A stretch of DNA of 61,280 nt, the filler included, from Jimgerdemannia flammicorona (lineage: Eukaryota): NCBI GenBank assembly GCA_003990765.1. It is 2 parts of 2 records of this genome, joined end to end, with 100 filler letters (N's around TTAATTAATTAA, not from the genome) between each part and the next. Parts side by side here need not be neighbours in the genome. Positions count along the whole stretch, not along the records: positions 1 to 30,590 come from RBNJ01000436.1; 1 more part is not named here. The stretch is one strand, 5' to 3'. Position numbers and translations under genes: made by a program. Each line of letters starts with the position of its first letter. The first letter of the stretch is position 1. The notes below the pieces were generated by a model that saw nothing but the letters and a program-made list of their open reading frames with translations, made no database searches and had not been told where the DNA came from. Below are positions 12,154-25,080 of the stretch, in pieces.

Positions 12154-13314
12154 ATGATAGATAACATGAATGTAGATGGCGATGCTGCTGTCCCCAAAGC
12201 TTCTTTCACCGATTTGGTAAACTTCGATAACCTGGCCATCTTCTTGACTACTTTGCTTGCTGAGGTCCCTGCTAGCTTCCGTACTGCTTGCACCAGAGTG
12301 CTTCATACTCTCAAGGTTACCACTATGCATGAGTACCAAGCTACTTTTTTGAGAGCTCAAGTTGCCGATTAGAAGTTTACTCCTTCCAAGAAGGTTGCTG
12401 CTGCAATCGCCCTCCTTCCAGAGGAACAGCGTGACACCACCCTTACTACTGCTTCAGCAGAAGCTAAGCACCACACCACTGCCACAATTGAGGCTGCCAT
12501 CTCCGATCAAGATGCCGCTGCCCAGCATGCTAAGGACCAGCATGCTAAAATTGACAAGGCTATGGGTGGGTCTTCCAATGCCCATAACTTCTTTGGGATA
12601 TCCATTGATATCACTTAAGGGGTTGGCAAGAATACTGCCTCCCTTGCTGCTGCTGACAGGGCCAAGACAAACTTGTTTCTGCTCTATGGTTTTGACATTG
12701 TCATGCGTCAATCTTGCCATCTTACTGCTACTGCCGCTGCCAAAGCCACCGCCGCCGCAGTCTGCCCAACTGTCCCTGCATCCTCCTCCCTACAAGATGG
12801 GATTTCTGCTGCCACCCGCAAGGCCGTAGTCAAGGAGCTTGGAAAGCACCCCGAGATCGTTACTCCGGGTACCAACCACATGTTTGCTTCTGCTGCTGCC
12901 GGTTCCGCCCAGCTGAAAAAGAGTGTCCCCACCCCCCCACTCTCTACCGCCACACCTGTGGGGGCCATGGGAAAGGCCAAGGTGGTGGATGTGACTTTGG
13001 CCTCTGCCACGCCGAACTGCCGTAGTTGTTCTGGATGCCTTAGTGTGCCTGTGAAGGCCCACCAGGGTCCTTGCCCCCTAGCCCCTGCCGAGACAGTGGA
13101 TTCTGTAAAAGGGGTCAAGCGAGCATGTAAGGCTTTGCCTTCCCCATCTATTTCTTCTGCATCTACTGGGACCAGCTGCTCATCGACTTCAAGCTGCTCA
13201 TCTAAGAGCACCGCCAGGGCATTTGTGCTGTAGTGCAACAAGTGTACTGCCACCAAATGGCATGTTGTCTGGCATAATGCTAGCAACATCTGCCCTCTAG
13301 CTTCAAAAAACTAG
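12154..13314 (+). pseudogene. PLE ORF1 (right copy)
   Basis: MIDNMNVDG... homologous to 9768-10928, with stops at 12370, ~12616 and 13231. Confidence 0.75.
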
Positions 13315-15316
13315 AGGTCCCCAGCCTGGAATCTTATATGACTTTCCAGCAGTGTGGTTTGGCCCTGATGTCCCCATTCCATGTGAGGTAGCAGCCTCGA
13401 CACCAATTGAGAATTTTGCCTTTGTGTCTTCTTTTCCCAGTTCTCGCTTAAGTCAGTTTTTCGTCCCTCAGTTTCAGATGTTTACTGAGGAGGACTTTGT
13501 TACAGATATACCTCCGCCTTGGCTTACCCCCGAGCTCACGTATATGCTGAACTTTGGCCCTAAGTTTGTTCTCCCTGGGTCAGCATCGATGAATAGCACT
13601 ATTGACCTGATTTCATTGTTGTCGTTCCAACAGTATCTTGACCTTGCTACCTTCTGGACCTCCATGGGTAATCCTGACGATGTCCCAGAGATCTCCGCCT
13701 AGGTGCCATCTAAATGGCAACCACTGCACTGTATGGAAAATATGCAAATTATGCTCCATATGAGTGCCGCTTTGAATCAAGCTGTCTGACCCATGATGAA
13801 TGTGTCTGGCGTACTTGTACTGAAGAAGTTCTGATGCCTTCTTAAAGGTGTCCATACTCATGATGACTTTACAGTCTGTCTTACTGACAAAAATCTAGGG
13901 TTCACTGTAATTCCGCGTGCTCTTTATCTCGATGGTCTTCGGTCTCTCCTTCACGATCCTGTATACATGAATGATCCCTCTACAATTGATGACATTAAGG
14001 AATCAGTGAGGTTAGACCTGTTGGGTCTACTCAAGTTCTGCATTGGCGACAAGAATTGTATGCTGATTTGGGAACACCTCATGGAGCCTAGCAATTGCAA
14101 GATGCCTGTGTTTCATGCTTTGCCCAAGGTACACAAAGGAGCTCGCGTGGTATGGTATCCTATCGTTGGTGCTTTTAACTCTCCCATGACTGAGATTTCA
14201 CATTTCCTATCTCGCTTTCTCCACCTGTGGTCAGTCCATCTGCACCATAATGTGGATTATTCGTGTTATTCACCTCTACGTGATATGCTTGAACTGCTAC
14301 AGCTAGTTCGATCAGATTACCTAGACATGTCAGATTGTAACTACATCGCTACTGGGGATTTTGCCACCTTCTACACCAGGATTACATTAGATGAGTGTAT
14401 CAACTGCCTTACCTACTTATTAACAGTGGCCTTCCCCCCTGGCTCTTTGTTACTTGAAGCCGTTCTCGGCCTTGTCTGCATTGTCATAACCTGTATGACA
14501 TTCACATCTGCTATTGGTTCCTTCTGCTCTGTATCTGGTGTTGCTATGGGGACAAATTATACCCCGGATCTTGCCAACCTCATTGGTTTCGCTCATGAGT
14601 TGCATGCCTTGCATGTGCCCGACCATCTGCTAAACCGAGCCGTTGAAGCCGGACTTAAGTTCTACTGGTATATTGATGATCTTATTGTCTTTACACCTGC
14701 AATTATGGACTTGGCTGCAATCTTTGGTGCTATATATCTCCTGCATCATTGTATTGAATGGGAAGTCTTGTCCGCCAGACTGTGCCATTATTCGGACCTG
14801 GAAATCCGAGTCATACCATTCCGCATAGGCTGCTTTGCTAAGTTCCCGCATAGTACGCAGTTTGTCGACTAGTTGAGTAATCATCCTAGGAAGGTGCTCC
14901 ATCTATGCATTGTAAATGAGGCCTGCCACCTATCGTTACTCTGCTCATCTCGCCGTGATTGGCTTGATGAGTGTCGGCTCCTAGCTGAGTTCCTGGTTTA
15001 CAGGAAAGAATACCCTATTGATGTTGTAACTGCTCAGTTGAGTTTGGTTGATTGGCTTGAGGTCCGAACTTCACTTCTCACCCCTCCCCTTATTTCCCAC
15101 CCCCCTATTCCCCACTCCACTTTTCCTCCCCCATTACTTGTTGTCCAGTACAACATGGCCTGATGGCTACATCAACAGCCCAACAAGACTCTATGTACCG
15201 CTTTGTTTCATTTTGGTTTCCCTGTGACTGTCTGGCGACCTATCATTGCCCAGAAGAACGGTTTTACCGTTCTTAATGCTGTCTCAAATACCAGCTTTGC
15301 TCTAAGTCCTCCTTGA
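13311..15316 (+). pseudogene. PLE ORF2 reverse transcriptase (right copy)
   Basis: YIDDL RT and SNHP thumb. Ends PIIAQKNGFTVLNAV...PP-TGA with no endonuclease domain. Confidence 0.85.
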
Positions 15317-16049
15317 AGGCCGCATGACTCGTACATGCCATGTGATGTTTAAAAACATGAAAAATCGCCAGACAACCTCCGGCGTGAGACTCTAGGCCTG
15401 ATGCCTGCATACCTATGCTCCGTGATGCCTGTCTACCTCCGCTCGCTTCGCTCGCTCTGGTACCGAGGCTCTACTCTGCTCCGGTCATGAGGCTCTAGGC
15501 CTGATGCCTGCACCTTCGGGTACTGATGATTTTTAGGTTTTTAAACCTATAAGTGACAATCACATGACAACATGTGATGTATCATTGGTCTAGTTCCGTT
15601 TTTAGCATTGTTTACTGTATGTGTAACATTAGATCACGTGACCAGAACCTTTTTCCCAATTGTTACTATATCAGGTTTTTTAATGGCCTGTCATGTGTGT
15701 AGATCGATGAAGCCCAATTCAGACCATTGTTTGGATCAGGGCAAGGTCTGAGTACTTATGCACCTATCCGATTCCAGAATTCTGGGGTTAGATCTATGTC
15801 TTTGTTTACCCAAACTTTGTTTCTCAAAATAAATAAAGACCACCACGTATTGCGGTGCTGAGGGCGGGTTGCAGATCTATTGCACCTTGCTTTGGAAAAC
15901 ACTTTATTCCACTTGCTTTTGTTCCGTTGTGAAAATTTACATAAGATTACTGCTTCCTCTGTTTTGACCTCTTACCACCGACTTTCATATCTGCCATAAC
16001 AGTATCACATCTCACTCTAAACTATTCCTCTATTATCTACTCGTTTTAT

Positions 16050-16515
16050 AATACCTAATTAGAAAATTTCATAATATGGTTAGGAGTGAGACCTAACAGA
16101 GTGTAGATTTACTTAAGAGTGGTTTGTGGGTTATTAAATAGATTTATTTACTATTCATAATATTGCTATACTAGGAGTAGTATATAAAGAGATATTGTAG
16201 AAAAGTGTTCAGAAGTTGTTATATATTCAGATCTGTTCAAGTCTGAGTTTCTGAGATCTGAGAGAGAGGGTATTTATACTAATAGAAGGCTATCTAGACT
16301 ATACTAATATAGATGTAGTACTTAGTGTCTAACTGAGTCAGAATATGGTCACATAATATAAGTGTGAACTAATATATCAAGAGATTGTCTAACTACTGAG
16401 TCAGTATGCAGTCATATCATATAAGGCTAATCTAACTATACTAATGACTGCTAAGCTATTTATAGTATTAGATAGTCTTTGATGATATCACTATCAATGA
16501 TATTATCTCTGATAA
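16050..16515 (-). mobile_element. LTR (family B), right part, including the duplicated target segment 16050-16360
   Basis: 16050-16360 is nearly identical to 6661-6975. 16361-16510 aligns with ~42561-42720. Confidence 0.75.
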
Positions 16516-17552
16516 AATAGTTATCTAGAAAGAGTGATTCTTAGATTACTTCTCTCTGTTTACTTAGGTAATAATATATTGAGACCAAATTACTATTCTA
16601 TAAGATAGCATCATCTGTTTCATATGCTAGATAAGATGTTGGTAGACAGAGAAGAGGTACATTATCTTTACTTTCATCAGATTTACTATCTGCATATCTT
16701 CTATAAGTAATGGTGCTATAAGTTACTGGGTTATAGTAAGCTGGTAGCTATTCTTTATATGTATCACTTATACTTGGGTGATAGAGTTGTCAGTTCAATC
16801 TCAAGAGTTGTCTAGAGGTATAGATTATATTCTCCAGTTTTCTCATTATAGTTGAAGTAATTGGATATGAATACAGGTTGATACTTATATCAGTGGTCAT
16901 TATCTCAATAGGTCTCATAGATAGTTATAAACTATTATAAGTTTATTGACAAAGTTGATAGTGTGATCAGAGCTGATAGAGATCCTTAGCTGAAGGTTAT
17001 GTTAGTATTAGAGAGATCATTATCTTCTACTTTATCATTATCAAACTGGATTATATCATAGACATTCTTTATAGTATATCCAACTTAGGATATTTGCAGA
17101 ATGTGGTCATTAGGATATAGGAAGATTCTGTCTGTAATTTGGATATACTCAATATACTTGTAGTTGAGTTCTTATATTATATCATTGTTTTGGCCATAGG
17201 ACAGAGTGGCAATTATTTCAGTAGTAGTAACTCAGTAGAGAATAAAGGTACTGTACTTTTAAAAAAGTTCTCAGTACTTGCAGGTGATGAGTTTCTAGTG
17301 TTGAAACATCTGGGTAATATCTGTATTATAGTGATATTTAACTATATCTTCTAAGAGGTGGCTGATCTAATAGTAGCTTGAGATTTATCTGATTTGATAT
17401 ACTTTACTAAGCATGTTTAGGGCATTCCATTGGACTTCCATGAAGTAGAGAGGTGCTAGGCTATGGATATTCATGAGGGGTAGGAGAGATATAGCTTAGT
17501 TAATAATTATATTCAAATATCAGTACAGATGCAGTTGTAGAACTTGATGGTC
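16516..17552 (-). mobile_element. Fragment of gypsy 3' extra-ORF region (paralog of 391-770)
   Basis: ~17176-17552 aligns with 391-770. Degenerate frame MNIHSLAPLYFMEVQWNAL... Confidence 0.65.
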
Positions 17553-17672
17553 ATGGTTATATATATGTTTGAGAGTTATAGTTGTTTGTTTGGTTTGTTA
17601 TAGTTCTCTATTTTGATATGTCTAGATACTTGGTATATATATATTTGGTCCTGATTGATAAGATTCTATTTG

Positions 17673-20600
17673 CGCATCTCTTTCCAGTACCATTCAGGTT
17701 ACACAACCTTTGGAAGGTACTTTCGACATCGTTTTCGGCAAAAAGAGACTAACAACATGGCAACCGACAGGCAATCTGAGGTGCGTACTGGGCAGGGCGG
17801 CCCAAGTGCTTTCGGCTGGCAGTAGGTGGGGAGGGGGCCAGGCCTGGGGGGAGGTATGAGGGGCCTGCTGGCAGGTGGATGTGGAAGGGGTGGAGGAGGT
17901 GGTGGAGGATCAGGATCTGGGAGAGCAAGCTTCGTAGAGATGGTGAAGGGGAGACAGCAGGTGTCAGGGCTGGAGGGCTGGCTGAGGAAGGGCAAGGAGA
18001 CCGAGAAGGCGATAGAGCCAGGGGGTGCGGCCCTTGGAAGGGGGGGCAGTGGGGCTGCGGGAGTAGTGGCTGGGGGGGTGTGACTGCTGATGGTGTTGGG
18101 ACTGTTAATCTGGAAAAAAATCCAGATGTGATGGCTGATGGCGAGGCTGAGCAGCTAAGGCTTAGAAGACAAGGGGACTTGGCAGATAGTGTAATGGGTC
18201 TGGCGGTGGCCCCATTACTCAAGAAATCGATTTCGGCATTCGCGGTCACACTATGCTTCCAGGGCCTGGCGGTGATGGCAAAAATGGTGCTGGGGCTCAT
18301 CGCTAAGCAGGTGGCAGGTGTAGCATCTGTGAAGTTTTTGAAGGGACTGGAAGGAGTGGAGGTGGGTTTTGAGGAGGCGGCACTGCTGGAGGAGGTACTG
18401 AAGGTTGGATTGGTGGTTGGGGAGGTATGTATTCTGATGGCGCGGTGCCTGAAGTGGGACTCCAGGGTGGTCCAACTGCTGGTGAAGGGAGTGCCGACAG
18501 TGACAGCAATAGAGACAAGGAAGAGAGTTGGGGATTTCATGGCGGAATATGGTGAGGTGATAGATATCAGGTTCAGGGTCTGGGAAGGGACCTCGCTCAG
18601 GACTGGTGACGTGGATGTGAGGATTTGGCTGGCTGGGAAGGAAGCCACTGGGAAGGCAAGGGATTGGCCTTCAGCGATGGTCTGGGGAGCAATCCTATGT
18701 AAGGTGACAAGGGTGAAGGAGAGTAAGGAGGAGGAGGAGGATTTACTGGAAGCACTCGAAATGCTGGGGGGTGCTGTGGAGAGGTGAGCGAAGGCTTGGG
18801 AGGCTTTTGAAGAGGCGACACACTTGGAGGTGGTGGATGGAAAGTGGATTCGAGTGACCAAGGAGCAGTGGGAAAGGGCTCAGGGGCGTAAGAGGCAGAA
18901 GGAGTTGCTGGCCAAGCTGGATAGCGGACCACTGGGGGAGGTGAGCAAGGTGAAGGGCACAGGGGGAGCTGGAGCGAGTGTCTGGGCTGGCAAGGGGGAG
19001 GGGAAGGACAAGAAGGAGGTGGGGGAGGATAAGAAGAAGGCTGGGAAGGACCCGTATGCGGATAGTACACTGGAGGTGTGGGAGGAGGACTGGGTGGGCT
19101 CCCCTACCCCTACCCCTCTCATCAGGCATGGTCTGGCTTCCCAGAATAGGGTGGTAGAAGATGTGTCAATGCGAGGGGCCCAGAGGGTGCAATTCGGAGT
19201 TCCAGAGGTGGCATATGGGGGACAGGTGGAGGCGGATGGCGAGGAGGAACTGGTGGATGTCCCGGAAGTATGGGATGAGTCTACAAGTGCTGGAGCTGAC
19301 ACCACAATGTTGGATGGAGGGAGGCCGGCAACTCTGGGGGGGAAAGAGGTGGGGAACTTGCTTTAGATGTGCCAGATGATGAATAACCTGGTGGCGGAAG
19401 AGTTGGGGGAAGTGGACTTGCGAGTGATGAGTGATGAGCATTAGGCAGGAATACTGCAGAGGGATGGCATGATGAAGGCATTGAAGGTGGAAATTCTTGC
19501 AGTGTACCTGGAGGAGGAAGGATATGAGGTGGATAAGGAGAGGGAGGAGGAGATGGCGGTTGTTGCTGGAGAAAGGGCTGAATACTGCTGGAACAAGTGA
19601 CATAGACTATAGCTCTGGCAGAAAGCATGTATCGAATACTGAGAGGAGTTTGAGGAGAAGGCCGATGGTGAGATGAATGAACTGCTGGCTGGATTGGAGG
19701 CTCAGAGGGCTGAAGAGGAGGAGGTGGCTATGGAACATAATTTGGACAGGGCACAGGAGGAGATGAGCATGGAGCAGTAGAGGCAGATTGACGACATCAC
19801 ATATATCATCAATATAAACAGTACAACCAACATTTTCGCTTTGAATGTAAATGGGTTACGGGGCGCTTCTTGACGTAGGAACATTTTTACTTGGATGAAG
19901 GGATTGGAGGCCGATCTCTTCCTCTTGCAGGATGTCCGGTGTGAAGATGACTCTGATAGGTTAGAATGGACAAAGGAATGGGGAGGTGCAGCAATTTGGA
20001 AGGGCAAGGTTGGGATTTTGGTTAGGAAAGGCAGAGGGGAGATACAGAATGTGCAGTACTGGGGGGAGAGACTGGTCTGGGGAGAGTGGATTTGGGCAGG
20101 CTGGGAGCCAGTTACAGTTGGTTCCTGCTATTGCCCTGCAGTACGGAGTGAGAGGGTCGATTGGGTGAAAGGCTTACAGGAGAGTGGATTACTTGCAGAG
20201 GCCGGGGTGGATGTGCTAGGGGGAGATTTCAATATGGTTAGGGATATACTGCTGGATAGATCAGATGGAGGACAAGGTGCTGAGAGCAGGAGTGGAGGGC
20301 TGGTGGCATGGGAGGAAGTAGAGAGGCTAAGTACGCTATTGGATGCTGGAAGGGAGTGCTGGGGGAGTAGGAGGGTCTATACACATTGGGCAGGGGGTCT
20401 AGGGACTAGAATCGATTGGATTTTGACAGTCTGCTGCTGGGGACTAGATGTTTGGAAATCATTGGAGGTGGAATGGTGTCCATGGTCGGATCACTGGGGG
20501 CTTTTGGGACAGGGGTGCTTTGGGGGAAGTGGGGATGGGCCTGGACATTGGCGCCTCAATTCCTCTTTGTTAGATGACAAGACCTGGTGGGATGAGTGGG

Positions 20601-23545
20601 CTAAAGACATTCAGCTGAGGGTGGAGAACTGGAGGCAGGAAGGGGCCGCAGTTGGGACTCAGTGGATAAGGATGAAGGAAATGGCCAGGATTTACTGGAA
20701 GGAGGCTGGCAAGGAGGCAGGGAAGCAGCGAAAACAAAGAGTGCGCTGGGCCTCTGCTAGATTGATGAGGCTCCTGGAGGAGTGGGCAAGGCTGATGATA
20801 TTGGAGGGAGAAGAAGATTGGAGATTAATGAGGGCGAAAATGGAGGTTGGGGAACTTCAACAGGTGCTGCAGGAGGAGGAAGAGGCAAGGGTACAGATCT
20901 TGGCAGCACGGCTTCATTGGCAGGATCTGGAGGAAGGAGAGAGGCCTTCCAAGCTTCTTACAAGGGCCCTTAGGGCGAGGCGGGTCCAGCAACAGTGGGA
21001 AGGGGTATTGGACTCTGATGGTGTACTGGTGCATGGTGTACAGGACATTCTTGGATCGCTGAAGGAGAGATGGAGTGGATTGTGGAGTGAGGAGGAAGGT
21101 GGGGCAGATGCCACTACAATTGAATGAACATTGGAGGATTGGTACCCACCACAAGTCAAAGGGCTAGGGGACCTGATGATGCCTGTACAGGAGGATGAGA
21201 TCCACCAGGTTCTTGCCGCGACAACGTCCGGTATGGCACCTGGGGAGGATGGGCTGCCCTGGGACTTTTGGAAGCAAATGGTTGAAGTCCCAAGGGTGAT
21301 GGGAGAGATGACAGCGTTGTGTGACCTTATTCTACAGACAGGAAGATGGGTGGGGGAGCAGGACCTTGGGCTGGTGACGCTGCTCTACAAAAACAAAGGA
21401 AGGTGGGAGGATTGGAAGAACTGGCAGCCGATAATGCTGCTAGCTATGGACAGAAAGTTGGTAACTAAGGTAGTGGTGGCAAGACTACAGAAGGTGGCTC
21501 AGTAAGTCGTGGGTTTTGAGCAGAGGGGATTTGTGGGTGGTCGGCTCATCAGGGATGGCACTGCCTGGGTGTATAGCATCATCGAAGGGGCAAGGGCATG
21601 TGGACTGGATGGGCATCTAGTTTTCTTGGACCAGGAGAAGGCTTACGACCAGGTGCGGAGAGTCTGGCTGGAGAAAGTTTTGGATAGAATGGGGGTACTG
21701 CATCAATTCCAGTCAACAATGGTCAGCCTACTGGAAGGGAGTAGGGCTGCACTCATGTGTAATGGACATAGAGGGGTAGCATTCCTCTTGGGAAGGGGAG
21801 TGCCCCAGGGGGATCCATTGTCCCCCATTTTGTATGCTCTTTCCCTGGAACCACTTATGGACCGGATTAGGCGGAGGATAGTGGGGCTCTCTGTCTTTGG
21901 CATAGGATGGAAGGTTGGGGCCTTTGCTGATGATATGGTGGTGGGCTTGGGTTTGATTGCTGATGTTGAGGAGTTCAAGAGGACTGTGGAGTGGTATGAG
22001 GAGCATTCTGGAGCTAAGCTGAATTGGCATAAGTGTGAGATGATGGTGCTTGGTAATGGCCTGGTGGGAGGGGAGGTTATAGGAACAATTGTCCCTACCG
22101 GTGAAGTAGTGCAGTACTTAGGTATCTACTTGTCAGTCTATGGGTCAGTTCAGCCTAAGCTTTGGTGGGAGCAGAGGATTGGAATCTGGGAGGAGGCTCT
22201 GTGGAGTTGGGGGGGAAGACATTTTTCTCTGGCAGGGTGGGTCTCGATTTTGAATGTCTACTGGCTGCTAAAGTTGTGGTACCTGGCGTATCATCTGGAC
22301 TTCCCAGCCTAGATAGTGAAGAGATTGATGAAGTCGGCAAAGGGATAGATTTGGGCTGGCAGGCGGAGTCAGATTAGTTGGGAGACCTTGTCCCTACCAG
22401 TGACAAGAGGTGGTCTTGGGCTGGTTGACTTCCCAAAATAGTTACACTGCTTGAGAGCATGGTGGCTGAAGAGGGTGGTGGAGTTGAGAGGAGGTGGATG
22501 GGTTCCTCTGTTACAGAAGATATGGGAGAGGTGGGCATTGCCAAGGGGCTCAACTGGTGATCTCCTCTCCTTGGTTGGGCTTCAGAACACTGCCCAACTA
22601 TGATATAAAGGATTTTGTTGGGGAATTGCAGAAGGAGCGCACCGCATTGGCATTTGTTGGCAGGGGAATAAAGGTGAGGAGGATTGGGACCCAGTAATGT
22701 GGAGATGGGACCGTATACTGCTGGGTGGTGCTCCTTTAGTTGAGTTCGACATTGGTGATAGAATGGAATGCCAAAGGGGACCAGGCCAGGATCTGTGGCC
22801 TAGTGGTTGGCAAGGAGTTGGAATTGGTGAAGAGTGGAACTGGCATAGTATTTGGACCTGGTGCGCTACAGTGAGAGCATGGCTGCCACCAAAGTACTGG
22901 GTGGTCTGGTGGCGCATGCTGTGGAGGAATGTTATGCTCAATTTTCGCTCAGGGCACCTGGTTGTAGGGGGTTGCTTCGACTGTGAGGAGTGCCATAATG
23001 TAGGGCAGGAGGGGGGTTACGTACAGATGCCGGAACATTGGCTGGGAGAGTGTGAGGTGTTGGGGGATTTTTGGCAGACAATTGGAAATCACCTAGGGGT
23101 ACGGGGTAGGAGTGATGAAGTACAGGGGTGATGGGAGGACTTGAGGGTTAGATTGGTAGGGGGGATAGGGAAGGAGTGGCTTACTTTAGGTTGGGCTTTG
23201 GCAATTTGGGTGGGGTTGGCCAGTCATTGGCTATTTGTTTTTGAGGATGAGAGGAGGCAGAGCTTGGGGGACTGGCTGCTGTGATGGCATAGGCTTATGG
23301 AGGATACCTTAACAGGCTGGTGGCTGGGTTGGGGGATGCGGGGTGGTCGGAGGCACCGCTTGGTGGAGAAAATCTGTGGGCAAAGTGGGGGGAGAGTGGG
23401 GGTGGTTGGTGAAAGGGTGATTTTCATTCGTGAGGAAGTAGGGAGGGGCCCCCTGGTGGGGATTGGATAGTGGGTCAGAATGATGTATATTTATTCATAG
23501 ACTGGTAATAAAGACGGAGTCCAAGTGACTATAAAATAAAAAAAA
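17673..23545 (+). mobile_element. Full-length L1/Tx1-like non-LTR retrotransposon (~5.9 kb), decayed
   Basis: ORF1 from ATG 17757 to ~19780. ORF2 has APE motifs (LNVNGL, GGDFN, RIDWIL, SDH), RT motifs (APGEDGLP, FLDQEKAYD, GVPQGDPLSP, AFADD) and a C-terminal CEEC..H..C. Poly-A tail. 16-bp TSD GATAAGATTCTATTTG at 17657-17672 and 23546-23561. Confidence 0.95.
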
Positions 23546-23561
23546 GATAAGATTCTATTTG

Positions 23562-25080
23562 TATAAATCTTATATTCTATGACTTTGAGTTGACTCAGCT
23601 TTGTATTCTGTAACTTTAATTTAACTTAGCTTTGTAATCTTTCATGTGATTTCTAGATTTATTCAGAGGGTGATGTGTGATTTTGGTGGCTTGAAGATTG
23701 TGTACTTACAGGAATATAGACAGGACTTAAAAGGAACTAAGTATAAGAGTTTGGAGATACTGATCAATTCTCTAATTTATAGTATAGAGGGAGATATAGC
23801 TTGAGGTAATTGATGTATACTAGTGTCCTCAGGATATATTTATCTATACTTCTTATATAGATACTAGTTTCTCTGATATTATATATAAGATAAGATTCTT
23901 CTCATTTGGGCTCCAGTTTGGTAATAAAGTTTATTTCAATCATACTTCTTCAAACTAGAACTTGATCTCTAATTTTGATCTTCTAATCCTTTTTGTTTTG
24001 ATTGTAGTATTTCTTTTGTCTTTCTTAGATCTTGATTATTTGAGCTCAGACCTGATTACTTAATTGTTCTGTCTTTTTGAGAAGTTCTCTGAGGTTCTTA
24101 TAGTCAATAGTTCTGGTATTCTTGATGAACATTATTTCAAATAACTTTTGTTTAATAGAGATAGCAGGGGTATTTGGAATTTCCCATAGGATCTCAGGTA
24201 AACAGATATCCCAGTTAGTAAAATTAACTTGGACAAGTTCTTTTTTAATAGACTGGTTCATTTATTCTGTCATATCATTGGTTTGTGGATAGTGTAATAT
24301 AGTTTATTTGAGGAACTTATAATTATATTATTGATGAATTCTGTACCTTGATCAGAGATAAATTCTTCTGAGAGTTCATATCAGAGTGTGAGTCTATAGA
24401 AGAGACCAATAATGATTAAGACATTAGTAATTTCTATTGGGAAAGCTTTAGGCCATTTGGTCAGATATTCCACAAATACTAAGATATACTTATTCCTTCT
24501 TAGTATAACTGATAGAGGTCCAATAACATCTACTCTCTATCTTTGAAAGTATCTTCTGGTGACATAATTAATTATAGTAGTACTTGGTAGTTCTTCTTTT
24601 CTTAGTACTTCTGACAGATGTCACATTTATTGAATATGTTCTAGACTTATATTCTGTGATTGAGTCAATATTAATATATTGTTTATAGCTTTTCTCCTAT
24701 ATATACCTGTCCTTGGTGAGCTTTCTGATATTCTTTTTAAATGAGATCTTCTTGTACCTTAGTGGTCAGAGAGACTTCCTTTAGAGAGTAGTTTCTCAGT
24801 ATACCCTTCTTCTGGTTTATTGGAGTTGGCAGAAAAGTATATGAACATTATTGTGAACTTTTCTTACTTTATAGATAAAGGTAATTTTATAATTCTGTAG
24901 AATAAGGATCTAGTGAGTCAGAATTCCAGTGGGTTTCTTATAGTTAAATAGCTATTTGAGAGTAGCATAGTCAGTTATTAGGATGAATTTTTTTTTGATG
25001 AGATAATGTTTGAATAAGGTAACTACTCATATGACTACAAGATATTCAAGTTTGGTATTACTATAATTAGCTTACTGCTA
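23562..25080 (-). mobile_element. Degenerate Ty3/gypsy RNaseH-integrase fragment (LINE target)
   Basis: The minus strand gives VFVEYLTKWP, SDQGTEFI and an RNase H end (TKLEYLVVI...KKFILITDY). Confidence 0.75.

Larger units (their letters stand above)
11622..16053 (+). mobile_element. Penelope-like retroelement, right arm (inverted copy of 6992-11460)
   Basis: Reverse complement of the left arm. Partial pLTR 11622-12147, ORF1 12154-13314, ORF2 ~13311-15316, 3' pLTR ~15360-16053. Confidence 0.9.

Noticed and set aside
15850..15915. Hammerhead ribozyme in the pLTR (CTGAGG(A/G)...stem...GAAA)
   Set aside because: Only one of four copies has CTGAGGA, and stems I and III pair poorly. Needs an Infernal/RNAMotif search.
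17749..18861. Long antisense ORFs over LINEs and PLEs
   Set aside because: Shadow frames caused by compositional bias.
19778..19830. Stop read-through between LINE ORF1 and ORF2 (same frame, no ATG)
   Set aside because: The second copy has ATG AAC AGT at that position and extra stops. The ATA in copy 1 is a G-to-A mutation.
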